The notes under the pieces are model-generated. The model worked only from the letters and a program-made list of their open reading frames with translations. It did no database searches and was not told the origin of the DNA. Of a stretch of 64,000 nt of DNA, positions 24,474 to 36,580 are shown one piece after another (within the stretch, counting starts at the first letter, position 1; the number at the start of each line of letters is the position of its first letter). Location: NCBI GenBank assembly GCA_000708835.1, contig DF237051.1, positions 124,001-188,000 on the forward strand. Reading direction: 5' to 3'. Source of the stretch: Klebsormidium nitens (taxonomy: Eukaryota; Plantae; Klebsormidiophyceae). The position numbers were made by a program, and so were the translations under genes.

Positions 24474-27400
24474 TCATCTGAGAAACGCCTTATCGCTGTC
24501 GATCGAACTTCCGAGGTAGCCGCCCGCATCTTCCATCACGAACAGCCCATCGTCGCTCCCACGCGGCGACATTACGTCGCTAGTTGGCGAGAGCAGGTCG
24601 CCCTCTGAGCTGGCGTTGGACACCCGGTGGAAAGTCGTTTCGGCGACTGGAAGGGCTTCGGTGAAGGGCAGCCGGTCGCCGGTGGAGTACACGTACAGGG
24701 TCGGGATGGCTGCCGTGTTGAAGCCGTTGAACGCAGAGCCTGCGCAAAACGATCACAGCACGAGTCAATAAGGGCAGTTGGGATCTGAAAGGCGTGCTTT
24801 CTACAGATCGATGTTCCACTTGTTAGCCTGTATAAGGGCACGCCCAGTCGTTTTACTTCCTAAAACGGACTGCTCCCGTTTTTTGTAGCTCTTTGTTCTC
24901 TTTCGAGCGCAAGGAAGTTCTGATGCAACGACCAGGATCTTTCGATCCGAGTAGTAGCAGTCAGGTTAGCACTTCTGTGGACTGACTGCCTCAACTCAAA
25001 TCGGTTTTTCAAAACGACTTACGATCGTTTTGAATATCATACGAAATGTGTCAAGGACGGAGGCAAAGCGCGTATCAGAAACAAACCAAGGGGCTTGATT
25101 CTGGAACGGTGAACTGGCTCTTAATAACGAGATGACTGCAGGATTTTCAACGAGTGCATTCTCACCGGCTGTCTGCGTGTAGGCCCCCATGTTTGACCAG
25201 ACGAGCCAGTCCCCGACCTGCAGCCGGGGCAGCGGGTAGTCGCGGAGAATCGTGTCGAGACCGTCGCAAGTGGGACCAAAAACGGTGGACCTGCCGAGAG
25301 AAGAAGACAAAACTTGGCTTAGGGATGTTGTTCTGAGCACTATAACTTGATGACCCCTTTCTGGTCGTTTGTGTCGGATGTAGCGCTGGGCCCTTAGGTG
25401 TGTGGCTCTGGCGCTCCGTTGCGAGAGACGTTCCATTACGAGAAAGGGAGATGAAGTTCAGCAGAAGGCGCTTCTCGGTTCAAAGGAGCAATGAGATTGA
25501 TTCTGCTCTACATAAATAACATACGTGCTGTTTGGGTTGCTTCTTCTCATCTTCGGAAGGACGCGACTCTTGCACGCAACTGCGTAGACTCCCATACGCA
25601 TGCTCCTTTCCCTCGGGCTTAAACGCACGCAGACGAGCAGCGGAAGAACGTTGAATAGAACACTTCAGGACAAGAAAAGCGAAACAAAAAGGAAGGTTCT
25701 TAAGTAGAGGAAGTACGCGCCTTCACTCGTAACACTTGTGAAAGTTGGTCCGTTCTTCGCAGCCGAAAACCAGACGGAAAGGGAAAAGGCCCTCACCCTA
25801 ACCTCTTTTCCCCGGGCTCCCCCCCCGCAGCGGCCGGAAGTCCAGCGTGGTACAGGAGATCAAAAGGCAACCGGAACGGAAAGCATGTCGGTGGAAAACA
25901 CACTCACCCGTACGTCCGCTCCCCGGGCTCCGCGTCCCGCAGCGGCCGGACGTCCAGCGTGGCGTGGTCGTACAGGACGCAGTTCATGCTGCCGTACATG
26001 CCGTCGTTCGTCCAGTACTCCTGCGTCCCCTCGGCGCCCTCGCGGCCGCGGTGCCCGAAGACGCACGTGGCCAGGCTGCCCGGCGCTTCCGCGAAGTAGC
26101 GCCCGGGTTCCGCGATGATGGACACCCCGCAGCCGGGCGGGAAGTGCGCGTCGAGAGCGGCGTTGATCGCGGCCGCGGCGCGGGCGAAGGGGAGGCGGCC
26201 GCGCACGGAGAAGCCGCCGCCGATGTCGAGGATGGTCATGGGCGGCAGGCCCAGGGTTTGGGACAGGTCGAAGATGCGGCGCGCGGCGCAGATCGCGTCG
26301 GCGTGCGCGCGAGCGCCCCCAGCGCCGCTGCCCACGTGGAACGAGATGCCTGCAATCAGGAGGACGATTGTTGATGATGTACTTTGGTGCTGAGTAGAGT
26401 GCCAGAATAAGAGGTGCAACTGTCAATCGTTTACTCACAAACATCTCGTCGAGACAGGATAAACGAGGCTGCTGTTCGGTTTCTTCGGAAGGGGTTTGTC
26501 TCTGGCTGAAGCAGCTCGCGGAATACAATCAACTAAGGTGGATAAATTGCAAGCAGCTGGTGGGTTGCAATCGGCGACATGAGCGACCGCCATCGAATCG
26601 AGTCCTGGAAGCACGAAGTGACCGCATTACGTGCTGAACCAAGGGCACGCTCAACCGAATCAAAGCAGCAAAGTAGAGCGGCAGCTGTTCTCTGTCGATT
26701 CTGGTAGGATTATTTCGGGAAGTCGACTCCGAGACGAAGCTGTCAGCAGCCAGGATTTACAGTTGCCCCTTAGAATGAAGCAGATTTTGCCATACGCAAC
26801 GACTCGAAGACAGCCATAGTTGGCCTCTTAGGGGTCGCCAACTCTGGCCGATGCCTCGAACTTGTTTCCTATTGTGCCCGAAGGTCTATTCCAGCCACGT
26901 ACCGGCCACATGGATCCCCAGCGCGCGCGCAGTCGTCAGCAGCTGCGGCACGTCCTCGACGAGCGCGCCGTACTTGACGCCAAGCGGGCACTGCGCCTCG
27001 GGGTCGTCCGCGCGGATCCGTAACAAAACCCGGGTTTGCGGGTGCAACTCCTTCAATTTGTGGAGCTCGCCCTCGCTGTCGAAGGTGGTTAGGTTAACCC
27101 CGGTCTCGGCCGCGTGCCGGATGTGCCCGGGCATCTTGCACGGGTTGGCGAAGAGGAGGGAGCTGGTCGGGACGCCCACCTGGCGCAGCATCTCGATCTC
27201 GGCCTTGCTGGCGACGTCGAATCCTGGAAAGAAGGGGTTAGGAGCCTGGTTAGGAGTGTTTGCTAGCTGGGATCTTCGAACCGAATGGAGATTACGATCA
27301 GAATATCAGAGACGTTTCGAAGTGTTCTGATTGATTTCTGACTTAGAAGATTTGAGCCCTCTTGATTCGGACTAAAAGTTGGAAACAGATTCCGGGAAGA

Positions 27401-28879
27401 AGCGTTCAGATTACTTTGCAGATGCTTGCAAAATGAAAACCGTTGCAGACCTCATTTCGAGGAGAATTCCGTGGCAAAGAGACGGACAGAATCTTGCTTT
27501 TGATTTCAGCATTCGGCTAGCTAAGTCTAGGGGAAGTCTGTGAGGGCGTTCATTGCATACGCATGTTGGACGCAGTCTCAGCAATCGAAGTTCTGGCTCT
27601 GAATACTCATGATCTGTAGGAAACTTCAAACGGAAAGGGAGCACCTTATTGGAATTCCGACGTGAAATATTGTCCAGATTGAGGGGATATTTTACAAATG
27701 AACAACCCTTGCATAGATTCTCTGCAGCATCAGAGACCGCAGCATACAAAAGTATGGGAACTTCGTTCCTATAGCCCTAACCCTTGAACAAACTCAGGAA
27801 GGAATGCAGTTGGTCTAGCTTTAAAGACAGATTTTCGAAGCCTTCACGCCAATCAAGCTAACCAGGCAAAACCCCAAGAAGTGTGATCGAGATCGTGAAG
27901 TTTCTCCTTGTAACAATCACTGCTGATGACTCCGAACAATTTAGCGCAGACCGCTGGAATCCATTGCAAACATGAACCATATCATCTGGATGAAAGAACG
28001 TCTAGCAGGGGGTGCTCAACGGTGCTTCCTTCTGAAAACCTGCTGAACAAAGAAGAGGACAATTCTATGCTCACCTGCACCAAGTGCTGCCAAGACTGAA
28101 AGCAAACCCGGATCCGGGTTGCACTTGACCGCGTAGAAGGGATCCACCCTCGGCATCGCCTCCTTCCACGCCTTGAACAACCGCACCACGAGACCCATGT
28201 CAAAGACGTAGAACGGATCCTCCTCGGTGCGCACCGCCACTACCTTCCGCATGAAAGCAGCGATGTCGTTTTCACTCCCCTCGCCCACGGACCTCGCGCC
28301 AAACGCGGCCACTACCGTGGAGACACGTGGATCCTCCAGGCCTGCCTGCCAGGGGGGCGCCGCGGGGGAGGTTTTGCAGGTGAGCTTGCCCCCCTGGAAG
28401 AGAGGCAGTGGCGCCTCCTTGAGGAGCTCTTCGAATCCCGTCATGGTACCCGGGAGGAAGGCGACTTCCGGATGGGAGGAGATGATCTGAAAGGGTAACA
28501 GGCTTTCCCACGTGCTCTTGGCAGTTTCTTTTGCTGACTGCTTGCTCGCAACCCCCTTCCCAGACTTGCCCTTCGGCGCCTTGCTCGCCTTCTTCACAGT
28601 CTCAACCTTTTTCACACTCTCGACCGCCTTCTTCCCAGCAACGACGACCCTAGGAACACCTTTGTTCACCACTGCAGGGCAGCCCTGACCAGGGACGCAG
28701 ACCCGCTGTCCGGAGAAGTGTGAAAACCCTCCCTGCCTGCCGAGCGCTGCCCCGAGAGGGCGCGCGCCAAGGCCCGACGCAGGGAATTCACACCTCTTGA
28801 ACTTGACCCTGCGCGCGCTGCCGTGGCAGCCGCCCGTGAGGGCTGTGGAACCGGCGGCCTTACGAGCTTGCGAGATCAT
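24474..28879 (-). CDS. ODC: Ornithine decarboxylase (fold-type III PLP enzyme) with long N-terminal extension
   Basis: Exons 28075-28879, 26903-27223, 25908-26349, 25166-25290, 24474-24739 join in phase. Motifs PFYAVKCN (PLP lysine), [34 protein letters not shown] and GAYT are intact. The start codon is uncertain. Confidence 0.93.
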
Positions 28880-28907
28880 TCTCCGAAGAAGGAGAAGCAG
28901 GCCTCAT
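28860..28907 (-). promoter_or_regulatory. Candidate overlapping upstream ORF ([15 protein letters not shown]) spanning the first in-frame ODC ATG
   Basis: ATG at 28907 is 28 nt upstream of, and out of frame with, the ATG at 28879. Its TAA ends at 28860. Whether it is transcribed is unknown. Confidence 0.4.
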
Positions 28908-29955
28908 CCCTTGGGGCAGCAGGGAGGCGGTCAGGGCGCGATCAGTAAAGGACTTTGGGAGGAAGGGAGCAATGCTGTGTGCTACTAATGAGAGCAATGC
29001 TGTGTGCTGCTAATGAGAGAAGTACAACAGGAAGAGCCACTTATGAAGCAGTATAAGCTTTAGGGAGAGAGGGGGCAATGCTGGAGTCTGCTTAAGAGAG
29101 GCGCTGAAGAGGACAAGCCTCGTAAGAGCAGAATGAGGAATACTACTGTTGCAGACTGCCAGGTCTCCAGCTGTCACCAGATTTCTAAATCCTGTCGAAA
29201 GCCATAGGCTAGATCATAGTCAATCATTTCGTGCAGTATCAGCCGACCACTGGGTTGCGTTCCTGGCTCTGAAGCCACGCTCAGCTCATGCTTCCCAGCG
29301 GATCGGACCGTTGGGCAGCTTGAATCGAGATTTGGTGTGTGTGGCAAAATGATCGAGCCGAGCTGTTGTACTGCAGTGACTACAGTAGTGGCGATGTGGG
29401 CAGCTCCAATCTAGGTATACTAGAGCATGCACGGCTTGGCGGCTCAGTGTGAATCTCATACCTAGTACAAAACACGTCTATATGAAGTCACCTTGTACTC
29501 TAAGTGGATAGATGCTGAAATGCTGTGTAAAGTCAGGGCTACACGTACCGGTAATTCTCTGCTCAACGTACTGGCTTACACAATTATCTTTCCGGCTTGC
29601 TGCCTGAGCGCCACTTAGCGCGACTTCATGTGAAGCAACATGTGGACGCGCGCACAAGCTACCACTCGTGCATTCGCAGCCGTCAGAGGTCTTCCCGAGA
29701 ATATCCGACGGTCAGTAGAAGTCTGGGTTAATCAGAAGTAGTTAGAGAAAGCAAACCACGGGTTTGGGTTCTTTCACACCTTCCACGCTTCGTTTCGAAC
29801 TCTGGCTCGCTCAAATGACGCGGAGCAGTGTGAAAACTCCTGATACCTCCTTATGACGATATCCGCTAGGCTCAGCTAGAACTTGAAGAGGAGATCTGGA
29901 AAATGGAATGCAGAAGACGACGTACTGGCACAAAATTCTTCAAAAGAGCCGTAGA

Positions 29956-32900
29956 ATGGCTGCCTTCTGGCAGTGGAAAGTCGCTGAAGAGCTGGAGTTT
30001 CCAGCTGAGTGCATAGTGTTTGAGGACGGTGACGTCCCTGAGGTGAGAGATATTTCATTCTTTCGGGCTGCTTTTCTAGCAGATGACTTTGTTCAGGACA
30101 GTTGTGGTAATCCTGCACTAGCAAGCGGTCCCAGAGTGTCGTTCTAATCTCGTTGCCAGCATCTTGATTCACAAGATTTGGCTTTCTTCTGGTCCGTTGA
30201 TCAGGAGCAAGTGTTCCTGCATCTTATGAGGCTGTCGAATCTGGAAGAGGATTCACACAACCATACACATTGGCCATATAACACTGTCATAATTCTACCT
30301 TGGAATCGACAGAATCTAGTCAGTTTCTTTGTTGCTACCTATATGCAAAGAGCAGTGCCCCTTTTCATACCTTTCCACTGTGAATTAACACCACCACTCT
30401 GCTTCATGCATTGTTTTGTAAGAAAAGTATACTGTGTAAATCAAATTTGATCCTTGGATGCCTCAGCGATGCACTGGATTTGAGAGAATCTCTTTCTTTT
30501 TAAGTGTGGGCCTCAGCATTTGTCAAGGACCCAGGAACTTTTGGTCATGCGATCAAGCAAAGGCATGGCAGCCATCTGAGTATCAGCCGCGAACAATGAG
30601 CGGTGTGATCCTCACCATGCAAACTTAATTGGAGTATGCCCTCCTCTTTGCAGACCGCCACGGCTGATTCTGCAACACTGGCCGACAATCAGATTCTGGG
30701 GAGCGAAGTTGCTGGTCTGGGCCGATCAACACAGCAGTCTGGTGCCGGCCACCTTCAAACAGTCCCCGAGATGGAGAGAGAGGACAGTGCAGAGTCTGTA
30801 GGGACCAAGAGCAGCGGACTTGGGGCGATAGCAAGCGCTGGTCCTGGCATCTTTGACTCGGAGGACTCTGTGAATCTGATGAATGGTGGTCGAGCGTCAA
30901 GAGCACAGTTGAAAGAGCCAGTCTCCAGAAGTCAAGGGCAAGCCAACGGATCAAAAAGTCGCACTTGGGATGAAGACGCCATCCAAACAACGAAGCAACA
31001 CGGCAGCTCTGGCGATCAGGGTGGACGCGGCTATGATGTCAGCAACGAGCATGGAGCAGAGGCGCACAGGCCGAATGGAGATGCCAGCACAAGCAAGCAG
31101 CAGAAGGGCCTGCGGTTTGTAGGGGAGGCTGCGAAGAGCAGGCCCGCGTATAAGTACCTGGTTGATGTGAAAGTACATCATAAGAGTGGACCGCAGGCCG
31201 AGAATGGACACAGGCATCCCGACGCGCAGTCTTCGGACGAGGACTCGTCGGACACGGGGTCGAATGCCGTCCCTCTCCTGAGAAGGTCCGAAGAGAGCTC
31301 GAACCGACCACGGGAGTCGCCGACGTCCCCACTGATGCTTGAAAGCCTAAGTGTCCAATCAACAGAGGTCGTTGTTCAGAGCGTAGTCCAAACGGGGGGT
31401 CCAAACAGGTCGGAGGACGCAAGCGCGAGTCTCGAGGGGTGGCGACTGGAACCCTCAAGAGAAGCGGCGGCAGGGCTAGGGGGGAGGGAGAATGGCGATG
31501 TCAGCGACTTCGGGGCGGAAGCAAGGCCGGAGGAGAGCAACTCGGAGAGCGTTCTGAGCCCGTTCCGGGAGGAGAGCACGACCACAGTGGTTCTGAACTC
31601 CACGGGGACTTCGACTCTGATGACCGGAGAGACTTCTGCGGCACAGATGGATGGCCGAGGGAGAGAGGCTGCCGCTGCTGCGGAGCCTTCGGTCAGAGAA
31701 GAAGCAGCGGGGTCGTCATGCAAACCCGGCACAAACCCGCCTTTAAACCCCCCTCACAGACACAGTAACTTAGCAGCACAACCAGTGACGTCGTCCGGTC
31801 AGTCCTCAGCCAACACCGCTGTCCGTGGAACCGAACCCCCGCTGCGGGACGAGGGGGAAGCGTCCGCTTCCAAGGCCGGCAGCCACTTGAGCGCCCTGGA
31901 AGAGTACCTGGCGAGAAGCGAGGAGTGTGAAGAGGCCCCGGAAGCTCTGTCAGCGGTCGAGGCTGCCACCGCGATGCGCGAGGCCGTCCGGAGGATGCGC
32001 GAGGACGCGGCGCTGCTGGCGCTGCGGCTGTCCGCGCTGTACGCATCGGACGCGAGCAATCTGAGGCAGACCGCACAGAGCATGGTGCAGCACGTGGTGG
32101 GGGCGCAGGCGGAGGTCCAGGTGAGAACATGAAAGTTTTGGGGTTGGAAGACCGAGGGTCCCGGCGGTATTGTTCGACTTTCCTAGGATGTTGTGCACAG
32201 CGCAGGCTGACCATCAACCGAAGTTTGGGGGTCCGAGCGTTTTGAGACATTATGACGACTTCTGTCCACTTCTTCAGAAATGGAGACAATGTGGTGGTTG
32301 AACTCCGTGTGGATCGCTCAGGAGTCCAATGTGGGGTTCAGTAACTTGAGGAGACGATGCTTAGAAGCAGGTTACAGTCTGAGGGGTAGTTTCGATGAAA
32401 GTTTCTGAGTTGGAAAATGAAAGGACCATAAGCTTCTTGACAAGCCGACTGGGTTGATTTGCGTTCAGTCTGCATCGTGGACTGTTTCCTTATCCTTCAG
32501 ATCTGGCACCTCTTCCGGGTCCCGAGCCAAGCATGCTGAAGTGCAAAAAGGGTTAAGCAGTGGATGCTCCGGGATTGCCGTGCTTGCTGTTATAACAGTC
32601 CTGGCTGCCAAAGGAACGCAGTGATGTCGGCAGAGCTTTCTGTTCCCACAGCCAGACGCAGGTCTGCTGCATCGATCCAAGAATACCGGGCGCTCTGTTG
32701 CTATCCTCTTCAGTGACCTCGGTCTTTTACATGCATGCAGAGATCCTTTAATCATTCCCTGAAAACAGCAGAGGAAACAGGGTCAAGCGCCTCTGCTTAA
32801 GGAGACAGGCTTACTCCTTATTGTCCCACTACCTTCCAAAGAAAAAACTTCAGATGCCAGCGAGCACCACGGTGTAGCGATGCTTTCTCAAAGACACCTT

Positions 32901-33119
32901 CAACCAACTTCCTTAAAGGCATCTTCTGGACCAAAATTAGCGCCTTCCTTGTCCCGCAGGAAATGCGTTCCGGCTTGGTAGCGATCGAGTCGCAGCGCTT
33001 GAGCGTCCGGAACCTCCTCTCGGACGGGCTGCTGTCCGCCCTCGTCTTTGCCGTTCTGTCCGAATGGCCGAGGTTTCAAGCGTCCGTCATCCACTGGCTA
33101 GGAGGTCTGCGCAGCCCTG
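29956..33119 (+). CDS. Hypothetical multi-exon protein: long low-complexity region, helical segment and a hydrophobic stretch; ends uncertain
   Basis: Phase-consistent putative exons 29956-30042, 30654-32120 (within a 498-aa ORF) and 32960-33119 with strong GTGAG/GTAAGT donors. No family recognised. Confidence 0.55.
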
Positions 33120-35737
33120 GTAAGTCACGTTGCTCAAGAAGTGAGGCGCTGTCTGTTTTACTGAATCCATGTCGAACATCGGTGTCGCCAAGAGGTGTGA
33201 TTCTATTGCCTTGTTCCAAGAGACGGCGTAGATCGTGAAGAGTTTTGGGAAGGGAGTGTGAACCACGAAAATTTGTAAGAGGAGATGCGGCATCGAAGAG
33301 GGACTTCGAAGGAGGATTCGGAGCTACGCTTTCCCCACGGAACCGGATTTGGCCGCTGGCGTTCTCTTTCAAACCATGCACCGGCCTTCAAAGGCCCAGC
33401 CAAAGACCTCCGCTTCGAGTGGACGATTGATAGCCCTTCCACCGACTGAAAGAACTCGTTTCCCGCAGGCGTTTCTCTTTCATGGCCCTGGAGAAGTAAA
33501 CCGAACTTGGTCCACCCGCTGCCTCCCCGCCTCCCTCCCAAGAGATGGCCCTGGAGCTGGTCTCTGCTCGTCGCTGTCGCCTTCTTTGGGTATAAGCGCT
33601 TGGTCACCTCTTTGCGTCAGGTGAGAGCTTCGGCTACTGGCTTTAGATCCGAGTGATTTTGTCTCTGCGTCATGGTGCAAAGCTCATTCTTGAGATTGTG
33701 GGATGAAATTTGCCAGTCGGCTTCGTTGGTGGAATTGACAGGCTGATTGTATGTCGAATTTGAAATACAATCTCTGCGCTCCTCTTTTGAAGTATTTCTC
33801 TTGAAGGGCGAGCTTTCAGTTGCGTTGCTTTCTTGTGCGGAGAATTTGTTTCCGAAGAATGTGAACGAAACGGACCCGCAATGGGTTGCAAACACGGAAA
33901 TCTTTTGCAAGACAGACACAGGTCAGGGCTTCGGATCTGGAGCGTCCGACTGATAATCAATCTCACGTCGTGTCTTTCTTCATGCATCTCCAGGAACAAG
34001 CAAGGCGCGCAATGGTGAGGAGTCTTCTTGGCAAGTGGACCCAGATTGCAGAGCGTTTGGTAATCATGGGTGCGATAGCGGAAAGAGGCTTGGCCAGGAC
34101 TGAGGTCGCAGGGGAAGAAGCAACAAGACCGTGACGTGGAGATTGAAGGTTCTGATCTCGTGGGCTCACTCTGCGTTTGCGCTCAGTCCGGAAGCATGAG
34201 GTTTGCTGGCCCACAAGAGCGCTGTGGTACCTTTGCGATGAAGGTGCATCGCGGAACGATAACCGCACTGACAGGGGAATCATACACTGTTGAAAACTTA
34301 CTGTGCATCGAACAGAGTTGCCTTTGTGGCTGCCCAATGAATGCTAGTAGCATGGCGGCCAAACATAAGCCTGTTCGTTAACATTTTGCCCTAGTGAAGT
34401 CAACTATTGGCTCAATTGCAGAGGAACTTACATGAAGGATGACGTATGGTTGTTTGATCGACGCGTAAGTGAACGTGAGCCTCGGAGCGCGAGCTCTGCG
34501 AGCTGTTGTTGCCCACATGCATTGGACTCAGGTCACGACTCCGAATTTTCAATTTCAAAAATGATCCCGAACCTACAGTAGTCCTCGCATGTGCCACTTA
34601 CGGCGGAGCTTGACTCCAACCATACCGTACAATACCACAGCTAATAATTGAACCTACAGTAGCTAGTGTAAACGATCGTGTTGCCAGCATTGTGCACTAC
34701 TAACAGTAATGTCCGACCTGCCGCGCCATCTGGCGGCCCTCTGCATGCATGCCAGCCAGCGCTAAGCCCGTCTGGTCGCCCTATAGGCTTACTGGCATGC
34801 GCCCCGGGGCCTGTGCATCATTCTTGAGTGAGCGAATGATCCCAAGCGCTCTCGACTCAGTCTTATAAATACTTGTTTGTTGATGCATGATTGGTCGCCC
34901 GCCGGCTCACGCCGGAGCATTGCAGGCGAAACTTACCGTTGTGGTGCGCGTGTGCACAATTCCGAACTGAGCAGTGACAGCTTCTGATGATGTATGGGGC
35001 GAGCTTGCGCGCTGGGTACACCGTGACTGAGTCATGCATGAGATAAGTAGTAAGTCTATTGCGGACCACGACGTATAAAACTTCTGGAGTTGATCTCGTG
35101 CCAGCAGACGTAGCAATCAAGACAAAGTGTCGGTCCACGATCTGCAGTTTAAGCAGCCGTTAAAACGGCCGGGCACATCATCACTTGCCAGCTAACTTAG
35201 TTGCCCAGTATCTCTTTGCTAATCTAATATTTTTGAGCGGAGCCGCACTCTCTGCCGCAACGTCCATCACTCAGGCAACACGAAAATTACCACTAATTAT
35301 GCAAAAGTGAGACTCTTATAAGCATAAGCGCACGCGGATGATTTCCATGTGATTTGTAGCAGGCAAGTACGTCATGCTAAGCAGACCAAAATTCATGCGA
35401 GGCACGCCAATCACGCCAAGCCTCTAGCAGGCAAACAGTAACTCTTGGCAACCTTGTCCATTGCATCCATCCTTTTCAGGAACCACAAATTCATGTGGAA
35501 TCTGACTTCAAAAACTTGCGAGCAAAGGAGTACGATTGTCGAAAGTCTATCCCAAATTTCGCTGCGTTATGACGGTTGTATTAAGAGAACCAATTCATTC
35601 ATCCCACTCACTCGTTCCATCAAACTGCTCTTAGATGAACGGATGAATCAGTTGCTAACGAACTCGAACGGTTTCATGGACCCATCTTGGACCGTCCGAC
35701 GTCGATCGGCGCGAAGAAGCAAGTATTCTTGATAGAT

Positions 35738-36580
35738 TTACACTGTGAACGTCCAAGCTCGCTTATCATCGCAGTCAAGCACCATGCTCAAAGAGAAGCT
35801 CGAACGACGTAATTTGAACGGAACGGCTCCGTTTGCAAAACTCAACTTCCCTGTGAACTCGAATTCATCGATTGGCGCACTTTCGCCACCTTCTTCATCT
35901 TTAAGTTGTATGCGATAACCACACCATGTTATATTCGACGAATATGGCACGCCGGTGACACTCCCGGGAAAACAAAGATCCGCAAATATCTTGTTGAATC
36001 CCTGTGAAAAATCCACAAGTGCGAGCTGCGTATACGTCTTTCAAAGTTTGCCCAATCTCTTGCAACGCGTACACCGGTTGGAGCAAAACTTGGATCTCTT
36101 TGTCGACTGTCATCCCCGGTTTTTCTTCCGGGCTGTAGGTCCCGTACGCAATCAACACTTCACTCAGCCTTACAAAGATAACAACCCAAGCTCCGGAGTG
36201 AAGGTGCCAGTGCTGATGAGTCGATTTTGAGGCTGTCTCTGGTGCCTGGAAACGTCTCCAAACTAGGGTTTGCATGGGGGTTTTGTTCGGCTCCTTTACC
36301 AACCTGGTTCACCCACTGAGCTTCCAGAATGCGCTTGTACCCGCCCATGGCTTCTACTTCAGCCTCTAGACGCAATTCCTCTTCCGTCAAAGGGATTGTG
36401 AAGACTCCAAATGCGGTGCTCCTTTGCAGACCCGTGAAGCGCCTATTTCCACAATACAGGGTTTTCTTCCGCTGTCACCTCCGCTGAACACGACACGACG
36501 GCCCGCAGAAGCGAGAGGGGATCTTGGACGGCCAGCTTTTGGAGAATCCCAACAAGAGCATCCGCAGGAAGATCATCCAT
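35738..36580 (-). pseudogene. F-box-like family pseudogene (array copy 1)
   Basis: Starts MDDLPADALVGILQKL like the other copies. TAG at codon 46 (36443-36445) replaces the E of WKEAF, and downstream homology is spread over several frames. Confidence 0.85.

Noticed and set aside
28340-28360. PPW motif in ODC as the uCC regulatory peptide of ODC/AZIN homologs
   Set aside because: It is in the main reading frame and is not followed by a stop, whereas the uCC is a separate upstream ORF ending shortly after PPW.
28968-29018. 25-bp direct repeat upstream of ODC as a regulatory element
   Set aside because: It looks like a simple local tandem duplication, with no independent evidence of function.
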